Shown one piece after another: positions 1 to 10,121 of a DNA stretch of 39,899 nt (position 1 is the stretch's first letter; each line of letters starts with the position of its first letter). The stretch lies in sequence record MZ234023.1. The stretch is one strand, 5' to 3'. The stretch comes from Escherichia phage vB_EcoP-101120B2. The notes beneath the pieces are model-generated. The model worked only from the letters and a program-made list of their open reading frames with translations, had not been told where the DNA came from and made no database searches. The position numbers and the translations under genes are program-made.

Positions 1-3000
1 ATGCAGGAGCAAGAGGACCGCTCTACGTGGTTCGGTTTCGGTGCGGCTACAGAAGCTGAAGTGAAGAACTCTATGGTCGGCGTGGCTATACGAGCTGGTC
101 AGACTGAGGACTCACTGGATGTCATTGGCGATGTGTTCAACCCAACCAGATGGAACAACCATAAGTGGTCTCGTGAGGAGCTAGACCAGATTCGTAACGC
201 TGGGGTTTTGCCTCAGTATTACGGAGTCATTACTGGTGGCTCTCCTCAGAACCTGACCGAGCTTATTAACTTGGCGCTTGAGAACCAGAAGTTGGACCAA
301 GAGAAGGCCAAGGCTGGGACTGGTGCTCAACTGGCGGCTGGTGTGATTGGTGCTGGCGTGGACCCTCTGACCTACGTTCCTATTGCTGGGCAGGTAGGTA
401 AAGGTGGTAAGCTAGTCAACAAGATGTTCACTGTGGCTGCTCAGTCTGGTGCTCTGGCTGGGGCATCCGAGATTGCTCGAACATCAGTTGCTGGTGGGGA
501 CGCTCATGTTGCTGAAGCTATCCTTGGTGGCGCTCTCTTCGGTGGTGGCATGACTGCTATCGCTGATGGACTAGGCAGAGCCTTAGGTCGCAACACTAAT
601 GAGTTTGCTGGTCCAGCTACACGTTTGGAAGCTCGTGAGACAGCTCGTAACGTTGATGGTCAGGACCTGTCCCGTCTCCCTATTCAGGAAGGTGAGCAGA
701 CCTTTAGTCATCAAGGCGTTAAGTTCGCTGACGTTCCGAATGAGCCGGGAAGTGTACGATTAGAAGACGGTTCAATCCTGATTGGTGAGAACCCTCTGAA
801 CCCTAAGACACGTCAAGTCTTTGACGAAGTGATTGAGCCGGAACGTGCCGCTGCTGGTGTGAACCTTGGTGGACTTACCGAGATTGGCCTGAAGCTGCTT
901 CGGTCTGAGAACCCTGAGATTCGTGGAGTAGCTGCTGACTTAGTGCGTTCACCTACTGGTATGCAGTCTGGGGCCTCAGGTAAAATCGGGACAACTGCGT
1001 CAGACGTGTTCGAGAGACTTCGTTCTGTGGACCATCGGTTCTACAACGACATCGACGATGCGGTTACTGAGGCACTAAAGGACCCGTACTTCCAGACTGC
1101 ATTCTGGCGAGACTCTGGCGCATTCCGTCAGGACATCTACCAGCGTGTGTCTATGGCTATCGAAGATGGTAGCGGAAACCTGAAGGCTGAACTGACTCCG
1201 GGAGAACTGAAAGTCTATGACCTACTGAAGAACCAGTTCGACGCCAAGCGTGAGATGATGGAGAACCCAGCGATGTTTGGTCGTCCAGACGCTCAGTCTA
1301 TCTTTCCGGGTAGCCGCTTCAAGGGAACCTACGTCCCTCATGTGTATAGCAAACAGATGAAGGAGCTGTACATCAAGGAGCTTGGGAGTCCAGAGGCGTT
1401 GCAGGAGGCCATCAAGAAGTCATGGTTGACCAGCTATGCGTCTCGACCTGAAGTCAAGAAACGCGTGGACGAGGCACTTTTAGAGGCTGACCCTACGTTG
1501 ACTCCAGAAGGACTTGCGGCTGCGGTCGATAAGTACGCCAACGATAAGGCTTATGGTATCTCTCACACCGAGCAGTTCGAGCGTTCATCCGTAATGGAGG
1601 AGAACATCAACGGGCTGGTGGGTCTGGAGAACAACAGCTTCCTTGAGGCTCGTAACCTGTTCGATAGCGATATGTCAATCGTTCTTCCTAACGGTCAGAC
1701 CTTCAGTGTCAACAACCTGCGTGAGTGGGACATGGACAAGATTGTCCCGGCCTACAACCGTCGAGTTAATGGTGATATTGCTATCATGGCTGGTACAGGC
1801 AAGACCACGAAGGAAATGAAGGACTTAGTTGAGACCATGATGAACAAGGCTGGCGATGACGGAAAGTTGAAAGGTGAAGTATCTACCTTACGTGACACCC
1901 TGAAGATTCTCACTGGTCGTGCTCGACGTGATGGTGCTGATGATGCGGCCTTCGCTACCGTGATGCGCACGATGACAGACCTATCGTTCTTCGCTAAGAA
2001 TGCCTACATGGGTGTTCAGAACTTAACGGAGATTGGTGGTATGCTGGCTCGTGGTAACGTTCGTGCACTGCTACACGGAGTACCGATGTTCCGTGACCTA
2101 GCCTTCCGTAACAAGAAGGTCGGGGCCTCGGAGATTAAGGACCTGCATAATGTTATCTTCGGTAAAGAATTAGACGACTCAATCCGTCCGTCTAAACAGG
2201 ATGTTATCGACCGTCTGCGATCTTACAGTGACCTTAGTCGTGGTACAGCTACAGCTCTGGGGACTGCTAAGTATTACACTGGTGAACTTGCAGTACGCTC
2301 TCCGTTCACTAAAGTCCTCAACGGTACGACCAACTACCTGTTAGATGCTGGACGTCAAGGCTTCCTGTCTGACATCGTGGAGCATAGCCTGACTGGTAGT
2401 AAGCGTAAGTTCGATGACCGCTGGCTGAAGACCGCTGGTATATCTGGCGAGCAGTGGAGTGGAATTAAGTCCCTAATCCGTGAGTCAGTGACTCGTGGGC
2501 CAGACGGGAAGTACACCATCAAGGATAAGAAGGCGTTCAGTCAGGACCCAAGGGCTATGGACCTGTGGCGTATGGGTGACACCATCGCTGACGAGACGTT
2601 ACTCCGGCCTCATAAGCTGTCAAACATGGACGCCAAGGCTTATGGTCCTCTCGCTAAGACTGTCCTTCAGTTTAAGAACTTCGTCATCAAGTCTATCAAT
2701 GGGAGAACCATGCGAACCTTCTATAACGCCACGAAGAACAACAGAGCGATTGACGCTGCACTGTCGACCGTGATGTCTATGGGTCTGGCTGGTATCTACT
2801 ACATGGCTCAGGCGCATGTCAAGGCTTATGCTATGCAGGATGGTCGAGACCGTGACTACCTTAAGCAAGCTCTGGACCCAACGATGATTGGCTATGCGGC
2901 CCTGTCCCGTAGTTCACATCTTGGTGGCCCACTTGGGGTAGCTAACATTCTGGGAGGCATCGCTGGATATGAGGACACTAAGATGCTCCGTTCGTCTATC

Positions 3001-3303
3001 CTACCTCGTTCTCCTACAGAGAAGCCTGAGCGTGCCATCGCGTATGGTGCAGCTACAAGTGACCCTGTGATGAATGTTGTTGGTAACTTCTTGGAGCAGG
3101 TTCCAGCTTTCGGATATGCTGCTAACGTTGGCGCTTCGGCTTACAACTTGGCTGGCTACCTCAAGGCTGATACTCGTGTCAACGAGCGTGACTACATGAC
3201 CGGGATGTATAATACGTTCCGTGAACTGGTTCCGAACGACCCCATTACCCAGAAGCTGCTGCTTGGAACGTTTGAGGAGCAAGGCATCCACATCAAGGAC
3301 TAA
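1..3303 (+). CDS. Internal virion protein D (gp16-like), C-terminal ~1100 aa; 5' partial at window edge
   Basis: Long uninterrupted ORF. Translation aligns from recalled T7 gp16 residue ~230 onward (e.g. TRWNNHKWSREELDQIRN, VITGGSPQNLTELINLA, GVIGAGVDPLTYVP motifs). Position directly upstream of the tail fibre gene as in T7. Confidence 0.85.
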   Translation: MQEQEDRSTWFGFGAATEAEVKNSMVGVAIRAGQTEDSLDVIGDVFNPTRWNNHKWSREELDQIRNAGVLPQYYGVITGGSPQNLTELINLALENQKLDQEKAKAGTGAQLAAGVIGAGVDPLTYVPIAGQVGKGGKLVNKMFTVAAQSGALAGASEIARTSVAGGDAHVAEAILGGALFGGGMTAIADGLGRALGRNTNEFAGPATRLEARETARNVDGQDLSRLPIQEGEQTFSHQGVKFADVPNEPGSVRLEDGSILIGENPLNPKTRQVFDEVIEPERAAAGVNLGGLTEIGLKLLRSENPEIRGVAADLVRSPTGMQSGASGKIGTTASDVFERLRSVDHRFYNDIDDAVTEALKDPYFQTAFWRDSGAFRQDIYQRVSMAIEDGSGNLKAELTPGELKVYDLLKNQFDAKREMMENPAMFGRPDAQSIFPGSRFKGTYVPHVYSKQMKELYIKELGSPEALQEAIKKSWLTSYASRPEVKKRVDEALLEADPTLTPEGLAAAVDKYANDKAYGISHTEQFERSSVMEENINGLVGLENNSFLEARNLFDSDMSIVLPNGQTFSVNNLREWDMDKIVPAYNRRVNGDIAIMAGTGKTTKEMKDLVETMMNKAGDDGKLKGEVSTLRDTLKILTGRARRDGADDAAFATVMRTMTDLSFFAKNAYMGVQNLTEIGGMLARGNVRALLHGVPMFRDLAFRNKKVGASEIKDLHNVIFGKELDDSIRPSKQDVIDRLRSYSDLSRGTATALGTAKYYTGELAVRSPFTKVLNGTTNYLLDAGRQGFLSDIVEHSLTGSKRKFDDRWLKTAGISGEQWSGIKSLIRESVTRGPDGKYTIKDKKAFSQDPRAMDLWRMGDTIADETLLRPHKLSNMDAKAYGPLAKTVLQFKNFVIKSINGRTMRTFYNATKNNRAIDAALSTVMSMGLAGIYYMAQAHVKAYAMQDGRDRDYLKQALDPTMIGYAALSRSSHLGGPLGVANILGGIAGYEDTKMLRSSILPRSPTEKPERAIAYGAATSDPVMNVVGNFLEQVPAFGYAANVGASAYNLAGYLKADTRVNERDYMTGMYNTFRELVPNDPITQKLLLGTFEEQGIHIKD

Positions 3304-3320
3304 ACTATCACTATAGGAAA
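3299..3320 (+). promoter_or_regulatory. Phage RNAP promoter (phi17 equivalent) upstream of tail fibre gene
   Basis: Sequence TAAACTATCACTATAGGAAA matches the window-wide repeated promoter consensus and resembles T7-group promoters (CACTATAGG core). Confidence 0.7.
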
Positions 3321-3367
3321 CTGGAGGCGCTACCATAGGTCTCCATTTAAATCACAAAGGAGGCATA

Positions 3368-5899
3368 ATGTCCACGATTACACAATTCCCTTCAGGAAAC
3401 ACTCAGTACAGGATTGAGTTCGACTACCTAGCCAGAACGTTTGTTGTTGTTACGCTGGTGAATAGCTCTAACCCTACCCTGAACCGTGTACTGGAAGTTG
3501 GTCGAGATTACCGATTCCTTAATCCAACGATGATTGAGATGTTGGTTGACCAATCAGGTTTCGACATAGTTCGTATTCACCGTCAGACTGGAACTGACTT
3601 AGTGGTAGATTTCAGGAATGGCTCAGTGTTGACAGCTAGTGACCTGACCAATTCAGAGCTTCAGGCTATCCATATTGCAGAAGAAGGTCGAGACCAAACG
3701 GTTGACTTAGCGAAGGAATATGCCGATGCTGCTGGTAGCTCTGCTGGCAACGCTAAGGATAGCGAGGACGAAGCACGCCGAATCGCTGCGAGTATCAGGG
3801 AAGCTGGTCTAATTGGCTATATTACCCGTCGCTCCTTCGAGAAAGGCTACAACGTTACAACATGGAGCGAGGTCCTGCTATGGGAAGAGGATGGTGATTA
3901 TTACCGCTGGGATGGTACGCTTCCAAAGAACGTTCCTGCTGGTTCAACTCCTGAAACTTCCGGTGGGATTGGATTAGGTGCGTGGGTTAGTGTTGGTGAT
4001 GCTGCTTTAAGAAGTCAGATTTCAAACCCGGAAGGGGCAATACTCTACCCGGAATTGCAGATGGCAAGATGGCGTGATGAGGGTGATGTTCGAGGCTGGG
4101 GTGCTAAAGGGGATGGTGTAACAGATAGTACGGAGAATATAGCTGCTTCACTAAGTTCTCAAAAAGCTGTCGTAGCATCAGAAGGTGTATTCTCTAGTTC
4201 TGGTATTAATAGTAATTACTGTAACTTAGACGGTAGGGGTAGTGGCGTGCTAAGTCACCGTTCCAGTACAGGTAACTACTTAGTATTTAACAATCCACGT
4301 ACAGGTCGCTTAAGTAATATTACGGTAGAAAGTAATAAGGCGACTGATACAACTCAGGGACAGCAGGTATCTCTTGCGGGTGGAAGCGATGTTACTGTAA
4401 GTGACGTTAACTTCTCAAACGTTAAAGGTACTGGTTTCAGTTTAATCGCATACCCTAATGATGCGCCACCTGATGGACTTATGATTAAAGGCATTCGAGG
4501 TAGCTATTCCGGCTATGCTACTAATAAGGCAGCCGGATGCGTACTTGCTGACTCCTCAGTTAACTCCCTCATAGATAACGTTATTGCTAAGAACTACCCT
4601 CAGTTCGGAGCAGTAGAGTTGAAAGGTACAGCCAGTTACAACATAGTCAGTAATGTTATAGGGGCAGATTGCCAGCATGTAACTTACAACGGCACTGAAG
4701 GGTCAATAGCTCCTTCTAATAACATTATAAAGGGGGTGATGGCTAATAACCCTAAGTATGCAGCGGTTGTTGCAGGCAAAGGAAATACTAACTTAATCTC
4801 AGACGTGCTCGTAGATTACTCAACTTCTGATGCTAGCCAGGCTCATGGCGTTACCGTAGAAGGGTCTGATAACGTCATAAATAATGTGCTTATGTCAGGA
4901 TGTGATGGTACTAACTCTTTAGGACAAGGGCAGACTGCTACAATTGCACGCTTTATAGGTACAGCTAATAACAACTATGCGTCTGTATTTCCTAGCTACA
5001 GTGCTACAGGTGTTATTACTTTCGAATCCGGCTCTACCCGTAACTTCGTAGAGGTAAAACACCCTGGCAGGAGAAACGACCTTCTCAGTTCTGCTAGTAC
5101 TATTGACGGTGCAGCTACTATTGACGGCACTAGTAATAGTAACGTAGTGCACGCACCTGCCTTAGGGCAGTACATAGGTAGTATGTCAGGTAGGTTCGAA
5201 TGGTGGATTAAGTCCATGTCACTCCCTTCAGGCGTTCTTACTTCTGCTGATAAGTACAGAATGCTTGGGGATGGTGCTGTGTCATTAGCTGTAGGTGGTG
5301 GTGCATCTTCTCAAGTTCGACTATTTACTTCTGATGGTATTTATCGGACAGTGTCCCTCACCAACGGCAACGTGCGTCTTCCTACCAGTAGCACAGGTTA
5401 TTTGCAGTTAGGTTCTAATGCAATGACCCCAGATAGTACTAATACATACGCATTAGGTTCCGCAAGTCGAGCATGGTCTGGCGGTTTTACTCAATCAGCA
5501 TTCACTGTTGTCTCAGATGCTAGGGATAAAACAGAGCCTCTTAATATCTCAGATGCTTTACTGGATGCTTGGTCTGAAGTTGACTTTGTGCAGTTTCAGT
5601 ACTTGGACCGAATTGAGGAGAAGGGTGCAGACTCAGCTAGATGGCACTTCGGCATCATCGCTCAGCGAGCTAAGGAGGCCTTCGAACGTCACGGTATAGA
5701 TGCACATCGCTATGGCTTCCTGTGCTTCGACAGTTGGGATGATGTATACGAGGAAGATGCCAATGGCTATCGTAAACTGATTACACCAGCAGGTTCCCGC
5801 TACGGTATTCGTTACGAGGAAGTACTGATATTAGAGGCTGCGTTGATGCGGCGTACTATTAAGCGTATGCAGGAAGCATTAGCTGTTATGTCTAAGTGA
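3368..5899 (+). CDS. Tail fibre / tailspike: gp17-like N-terminal adaptor + putative beta-helix depolymerase domain + C-terminal intramolecular chaperone (peptidase S74-like)
   Basis: 843-aa ORF with AAAGGAGG RBS. N-terminal ~150 aa resemble T7 gp17 (YLARxFVVVTL, LVDFxxGSxL, AEEGRD). Central region has the GWGAKGDGVTD motif typical of pectate-lyase-like tailspikes. C-terminus has the SDARDK motif (5513-5530) and an ~125-aa tail like autoproteolytic chaperone domains of endosialidase-type spikes. Confidence 0.85.
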   Translation: MSTITQFPSGNTQYRIEFDYLARTFVVVTLVNSSNPTLNRVLEVGRDYRFLNPTMIEMLVDQSGFDIVRIHRQTGTDLVVDFRNGSVLTASDLTNSELQAIHIAEEGRDQTVDLAKEYADAAGSSAGNAKDSEDEARRIAASIREAGLIGYITRRSFEKGYNVTTWSEVLLWEEDGDYYRWDGTLPKNVPAGSTPETSGGIGLGAWVSVGDAALRSQISNPEGAILYPELQMARWRDEGDVRGWGAKGDGVTDSTENIAASLSSQKAVVASEGVFSSSGINSNYCNLDGRGSGVLSHRSSTGNYLVFNNPRTGRLSNITVESNKATDTTQGQQVSLAGGSDVTVSDVNFSNVKGTGFSLIAYPNDAPPDGLMIKGIRGSYSGYATNKAAGCVLADSSVNSLIDNVIAKNYPQFGAVELKGTASYNIVSNVIGADCQHVTYNGTEGSIAPSNNIIKGVMANNPKYAAVVAGKGNTNLISDVLVDYSTSDASQAHGVTVEGSDNVINNVLMSGCDGTNSLGQGQTATIARFIGTANNNYASVFPSYSATGVITFESGSTRNFVEVKHPGRRNDLLSSASTIDGAATIDGTSNSNVVHAPALGQYIGSMSGRFEWWIKSMSLPSGVLTSADKYRMLGDGAVSLAVGGGASSQVRLFTSDGIYRTVSLTNGNVRLPTSSTGYLQLGSNAMTPDSTNTYALGSASRAWSGGFTQSAFTVVSDARDKTEPLNISDALLDAWSEVDFVQFQYLDRIEEKGADSARWHFGIIAQRAKEAFERHGIDAHRYGFLCFDSWDDVYEEDANGYRKLITPAGSRYGIRYEEVLILEAALMRRTIKRMQEALAVMSK

Positions 5900-5925
5900 G
5901 TAATACTGGTACGGTATTTCGCACA

Positions 5926-6123
5926 ATGAAATCGTTGAACACACTGACGAGGAGGGTAATGTCACTACTACGGAAGAACCTGTATACACCGAGGTGGTTA
6001 TTCACGAAGAGGGTGAGGAGTGGGGGTGTTCGGCCTGACGGAATTTTCTTTGCTGAAGCCGCTTATCAGAGAAGAAAACTGGAAAGAATCGAAGCCAGAC
6101 TTTCTGCTCTTGAACAGAAGTAA
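5926..6123 (+). CDS. Hypothetical small basic protein (start uncertain: GTG 5896, ATG 5926 or ATG 5959)
   Basis: ORF in a ~330-bp gap between tail fibre and holin that T7 lacks. GAGGAGGG precedes ATG 5959 but with very short spacing. Highly basic, Arg/Lys-rich product. Confidence 0.3.
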   Translation: MKSLNTLTRRVMSLLRKNLYTPRWLFTKRVRSGGVRPDGIFFAEAAYQRRKLERIEARLSALEQK

Positions 6124-6233
6124 TAAACAAAACCATTTTGCCATTAGGTTGGTGGGGTAGAGACTAACTACACGCTAACCAACGTATGTAACAACTTTGG
6201 GTCACGGACGACCCGCTTTAAACTGGAGGTTTT

Positions 6234-6428
6234 ATGATTGAGTTAGACTTCAAGAATGAGGTCCTTAAAGCCTCTCCTATCGTCGGGACCGCTGCGGCTG
6301 ATGGTGCCAGTCGGTTCTTCTTCGGACTTACACTGAACGAATGGTTCTACGTTGCAGCTATCGCGTACACCGTTGTCCAGATTGGTGTGCTAGTCTACAA
6401 AACGATTAAAGGAGGTGGTAAAACATGA
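6234..6428 (+). CDS. Holin (gp17.5-like)
   Basis: 64-aa product MIELDFKNEVLKASPIVGTAAAD...WFYVAAIAYTVVQIG closely resembles recalled T7 gp17.5, with one hydrophobic segment. GGAGG RBS. Confidence 0.8.
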   Translation: MIELDFKNEVLKASPIVGTAAADGASRFFFGLTLNEWFYVAAIAYTVVQIGVLVYKTIKGGGKT

Positions 6429-6688
6429 CGCAGATGGACTTAGAGAAGTTCCTCTTGATGCTGGATACTGAACGTGCTAGACTCATGCTGCAAGACCTGC
6501 GGGATGACTCTAAGCGTTCACCTCAGCTTTACAACGCCATTGAGAAGCTACTGGCTCGTCACAACTTCGTGCTAAGTAAGGTGTCTGTGGACGAGAAGAC
6601 GCTGGCTGATATGGAGGCCCTGAACGCAGAGTACGATAAGGTGCTTTCAGCGACTGAGGATAATGACACCGGGTATGGCGTTCAATAA
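6425..6688 (+). CDS. Terminase small subunit (gp18-like)
   Basis: 87-aa product with FLLMLDTERARLMLQDL...RSPQLYNAIEKLLARH resembling T7 gp18. ATGA overlap with the holin stop. Confidence 0.85.
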   Translation: MTQMDLEKFLLMLDTERARLMLQDLRDDSKRSPQLYNAIEKLLARHNFVLSKVSVDEKTLADMEALNAEYDKVLSATEDNDTGYGVQ

Positions 6689-6694
6689 GTGTTA

Positions 6695-6736
6695 GACTCA
6701 AGGTCATTACTATATGTAGTGGCCTTTATGGTTAAC
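6695..6736 (+). promoter_or_regulatory. Conserved structured RNA element, probable RNase III processing site
   Basis: Motif GACTCAAGGTCAT...GTGGCCTTTATGGTTAAC, one of three near-identical copies (also 16393 and 23617). Resembles T7 R1.1-type RNase III substrates from memory. Confidence 0.4.
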
Positions 6737-6789
6737 ACTAACTAGTGGAGGAGACTCTACGTGAAATCTGATAAACCGGGAGGGCAACT

Positions 6790-7233
6790 ATGCTCGAATT
6801 TTTAAAGAGAGCGGCTCCGTGGTTACTTGCAGCAGTGATGTTTGCTGGTGGCTACCACACCGCTAACAATAAGTGGGAGGCTAAGGTAAATGCAGAATAC
6901 ACCTCGAATCTTAAGGCATCGGAGGATACAAGGCTTGCTGTCCAAGCTGAAGTCAACAAAGTGTCCAAACGGTTTCAGGACGAAATGTCCTCGCTGGAAG
7001 GCAGCACTGACAGGATTATTGCTGACCTTCAGTCTGACAATAAGCGGCTGCGCATCCGAGTCAAACCTACGAGTGGAACCACGCAAAGTGACGGTCGATG
7101 CGTCATTGATGGTTACGCCGAACTTGACGAACGAGATGCTAAACGTCTTATCTCCATCGGACTGAAAGGGGACGCTTGGATTAAAGCACTACAGGATACT
7201 ATCCGCAAACTTCAACAAGACAAGGAGAAATGA
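6790..7233 (+). CDS. Rz-like i-spanin (gp18.5-like)
   Basis: 147-aa product beginning MLEFLKRAAPWLLAAVMFAGG (N-terminal TM) and ending with DAKRLISIGLKGDAWIKALQDTIRKLQ, like recalled T7 gp18.5. Confidence 0.85.
   Translation: MLEFLKRAAPWLLAAVMFAGGYHTANNKWEAKVNAEYTSNLKASEDTRLAVQAEVNKVSKRFQDEMSSLEGSTDRIIADLQSDNKRLRIRVKPTSGTTQSDGRCVIDGYAELDERDAKRLISIGLKGDAWIKALQDTIRKLQQDKEK
6890..7165 (+). CDS. Rz1-like o-spanin (gp18.7-like) embedded in the +1 frame of the Rz gene
   Basis: ORF nested in Rz. Product contains a lipobox-like LTISGC followed by ASES and SLMVTPNLTNEMLNV, matching recalled T7 gp18.7. Exact start uncertain. Confidence 0.7.
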   Translation: MQNTPRILRHRRIQGLLSKLKSTKCPNGFRTKCPRWKAALTGLLLTFSLTISGCASESNLRVEPRKVTVDASLMVTPNLTNEMLNVLSPSD

Positions 7234-7670
7234 TGCTCAGTGATTCGTATTTCTATGATGAGTCCAGTAAGTCTGGCCTGAAGTCCCTGCGTTCTGGTAA
7301 GGATGTGGGGTGTGTGGGAAACCACGGGTATTATCAGGTAGGAACTCGACGTCATGGACTCCTGCTGGCCCATAGAGTCGTCTGGGAGCTAACCAACGGT
7401 CCTATACCAGAAGGGATGGAGATTGACCATATCGACCGCTGCCGGACTAACAACAGGCTGGACAACCTCCGGCTAGTTACTTCAAGCGAGAACTCCTGCA
7501 ACACCTCAGGACATTCCGACTCAAAGACTGGAGTTAAGAACATATCGTTCCATCAGAATGGCTACGCTATCGAGGTCATGCGTAAGGGGGTCCGTATGCG
7601 AACAACACGTCCTACTTTAGAGGAGGCTATCTCTGTCCGGGACCTAATGCTGGAGGGACTCTATGTCTAA
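7230..7670 (+). CDS. HNH homing endonuclease with C-terminal AP2-like DNA-binding domain
   Basis: 146-aa ORF with ATGA overlap to Rz stop and 8-nt overlap with large terminase start. HNH-like motif [26 protein letters not shown]-terminal [33 protein letters not shown] resembles AP2 domains. No counterpart at this position in T7. Confidence 0.75.
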   Translation: MMLSDSYFYDESSKSGLKSLRSGKDVGCVGNHGYYQVGTRRHGLLLAHRVVWELTNGPIPEGMEIDHIDRCRTNNRLDNLRLVTSSENSCNTSGHSDSKTGVKNISFHQNGYAIEVMRKGVRMRTTRPTLEEAISVRDLMLEGLYV

Positions 7671-9429
7671 GAAAACACCTGCTGAAAGACAGGCTGAAAT
7701 GACCCAAAGGATGAGGGACGACTTCGTGTTCTTCATCTTCGTTCTCTGGAAAGCGCTGAGCCTTCCGGTTCCAACCAGATGTCAGATAGATATGTGTAAG
7801 AAGCTGGCTGCTGGCGATAACCGACGCTTCATCCTTCAGGCGTTCCGAGGTATTGGCAAATCGTTTCTGACCTGTGGTTTCGTGGTCTGGAAGCTATGGA
7901 ATAACCCAGACTTGAAGTTCATGATTGTGTCGGCCTCAAAGGAGCGAGCCGATGCTAACTCCATCTTCATCAAGCGAATCATCGACCTCATGCCTCAGCT
8001 TCAGGAACTCAAACCTAAGCAGGGACAGCGAGATGCGGTTATTAGCTTCGACGTGGGACCTGCCAAGCCAGACCACTCACCTTCGGTTAAGTCCGTTGGT
8101 ATCACTGGTCAGTTGACTGGTAGTCGTGCTGACATCCTGATTGCCGATGACGTGGAGGTTCCGAACAACTCAGCGACTCAGGCTGCACGAGACCGTCTAT
8201 CAGAGCTTGTGAAAGAGTTCGACGCTATCCTGAAGCCGGGAGGTACGATCATCTATCTGGGTACTCCTCAGAACGAGATGACCCTGTACCGTGAGCTGGA
8301 AGGTCGTGGGTACACCACTACTATCTGGCCCGCTCGTTATCCACGCGACAGGAAGGACTGGCAGTCTTACGGCGACCGTCTGGCTCCTATGCTTCAGGCA
8401 GAGCTGGAAGAGGACCCTGAGTCCTTCTACTGGCGTCCGACTGATGAAGTACGCTTCGATGATACGGACCTGAAGGAACGTGAGCTGTCCTACGGTAAAG
8501 CTGGCTTCGCTCTACAGTTCATGCTTAACCCGAACCTGAGTGATGCCGAGAAGTACCCTCTTAAGCTCCGTGACCTTATCGTAGCCGACTTGGACCCAGC
8601 GTCCAGCCCAATGGCCTACCAATGGTTGCCGAACCCTCAGAACAAGCGTGAGGACGTTCCTAACGTTGGACTCATGGGTGACTCGTACCACACGTATCAG
8701 ACTGTAGGTTCTGCCTTCAGCTCATACACCCAGAAGATTCTGGTCATTGACCCTAGTGGTCGTGGTAAGGATGAAACTGGATATGCGGTACTGTACCAGC
8801 TCAACGGCTACATCTTCGCTATGGAAGTTGGTGGCATGCGTGGTGGTTATGAATACTCTACGCTGGAAGCCTTGGCTAAGATTGGTCGTAAGTGGAGGGT
8901 AAACGAATACGTCATTGAGGGTAACTTCGGTGATGGTATGTACCTTGAGCTATTCAAGCCTGCATCGGCCCGTATCCATCCTGCGGCTGTAACTGAAGTG
9001 AAGAGTAAGGGTCAGAAAGAACTACGCATCTGTGACGTTCTGGAGCCTATCATGGGGTCTCACAGACTTATCGTTAACGCTGCTGCTATCGTCCAAGACT
9101 ACCAGACAGCCTCTGACAAGGATGGTGTTCGTAACCCTATCTACTCTCTATTCTATCAGATGACACGTATCTCTCGTGAGCGTGGAGCCTTGGCACACGA
9201 TGACCGACTTGATGCGCTGGCTATCGGTGTACAGTTCTTCGTTGAGTCGATGGCTAAGGATGCCAACAAAGGCGAACGTGAAGTCACTGAGGAATGGCTG
9301 GAGGAACAGATGGAGAACCCACGGAAAGGCTTCGAGTCCATCCACACTGAGTTCTGGGACAATGGGGTCCGGGTAACTCACGATACGGACGACGAGCTTG
9401 GACTAGGGTCATACGTTACGTTCCACTAG
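7663..9429 (+). CDS. Terminase large subunit (gp19-like)
   Basis: 588-aa ORF, size and sequence similar to recalled T7 gp19 (ATPase and nuclease regions). GGAGGG RBS. Confidence 0.9.
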   Translation: MSKKTPAERQAEMTQRMRDDFVFFIFVLWKALSLPVPTRCQIDMCKKLAAGDNRRFILQAFRGIGKSFLTCGFVVWKLWNNPDLKFMIVSASKERADANSIFIKRIIDLMPQLQELKPKQGQRDAVISFDVGPAKPDHSPSVKSVGITGQLTGSRADILIADDVEVPNNSATQAARDRLSELVKEFDAILKPGGTIIYLGTPQNEMTLYRELEGRGYTTTIWPARYPRDRKDWQSYGDRLAPMLQAELEEDPESFYWRPTDEVRFDDTDLKERELSYGKAGFALQFMLNPNLSDAEKYPLKLRDLIVADLDPASSPMAYQWLPNPQNKREDVPNVGLMGDSYHTYQTVGSAFSSYTQKILVIDPSGRGKDETGYAVLYQLNGYIFAMEVGGMRGGYEYSTLEALAKIGRKWRVNEYVIEGNFGDGMYLELFKPASARIHPAAVTEVKSKGQKELRICDVLEPIMGSHRLIVNAAAIVQDYQTASDKDGVRNPIYSLFYQMTRISRERGALAHDDRLDALAIGVQFFVESMAKDANKGEREVTEEWLEEQMENPRKGFESIHTEFWDNGVRVTHDTDDELGLGSYVTFH

Positions 9430-9524
9430 CTGAATGAATAATTATAGGTGAAAGCCGCATGAATACGCGGTTAGTAACCTATAGTTACTACCAGTCTAAC
9501 ATACTGTTTTACAAGGAGTTTGGA

Positions 9525-9547
9525 CTTAACTATCACTATAGGGAAGA
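9525..9547 (+). promoter_or_regulatory. Phage RNAP promoter (phiOR equivalent)
   Basis: CTTAACTATCACTATAGGGAAG downstream of terminase, position equivalent to T7 phiOR. Confidence 0.65.
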
Positions 9548-9726
9548 CCCCCGGTTACTTATAGTATTACTGTAGTGAATATACATATGCAGACTTTATG
9601 CAAGACCTTAGGAGGCAGACTCCGAGTTCTTACCTAAGGCTTGCACCGATGGAAGGAGGGTGATATTAATCATAATCCCTCCAATACAGATAGTCACCGA
9701 CCATAGATACAGGAGGTATGTAGCAT

Positions 9727-9885
9727 ATGGCAAAGACCAAAGCTGTACTTAAAGCTCTGGCGACCAATCGAGCTACATACAGGTTTCTTGCTGCTGTTCT
9801 ACTTGCTGCTGGCGTTACTGCTGGAAGTCAGTGGGTCGGGTGGGTCGAGACTCTCGTATGTTCTCTGGTGTCTGAGTGTCGTTAA
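9727..9885 (+). CDS. Small membrane protein (gene 19.5-position ORF)
   Basis: 52-aa ORF (below the ORF-track cutoff) with AGGAGG RBS 10 nt upstream. Hydrophobic core FLAAVLLAAGVTAGSQWVGWV. Sits downstream of the phiOR-like promoter as T7 gene 19.5 does. Confidence 0.4.
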   Translation: MAKTKAVLKALATNRATYRFLAAVLLAAGVTAGSQWVGWVETLVCSLVSECR

Positions 9886-10121
9886 CGCCGTAATGGTAAC
9901 AATCAACGAAAGTAAGACCTAAGGTCAGTTCATAGCTGACGCTACTCTACTGACCTTAGCTACTGTAGTCAAGGACTTTAGGTAACACCTTAAAAGAAGC
10001 TCACTTAGGGTCATCCTACTTATTGGTCTATCCTAGTGTCGCCTGACCTACGGTCCTTGACCTACAGTAGCTGGTTCCTAAGGAGGGACGATGAGTTTTG
10101 GACCAAAAGTTTGAGACCACA

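Noticed and set aside
2495-2868. Nested ORFs inside the gp16 gene on both strands
   Set aside because: Out-of-frame overlaps with a strongly conserved gene, with Ser/Arg-rich low-complexity translations typical of spurious frames.
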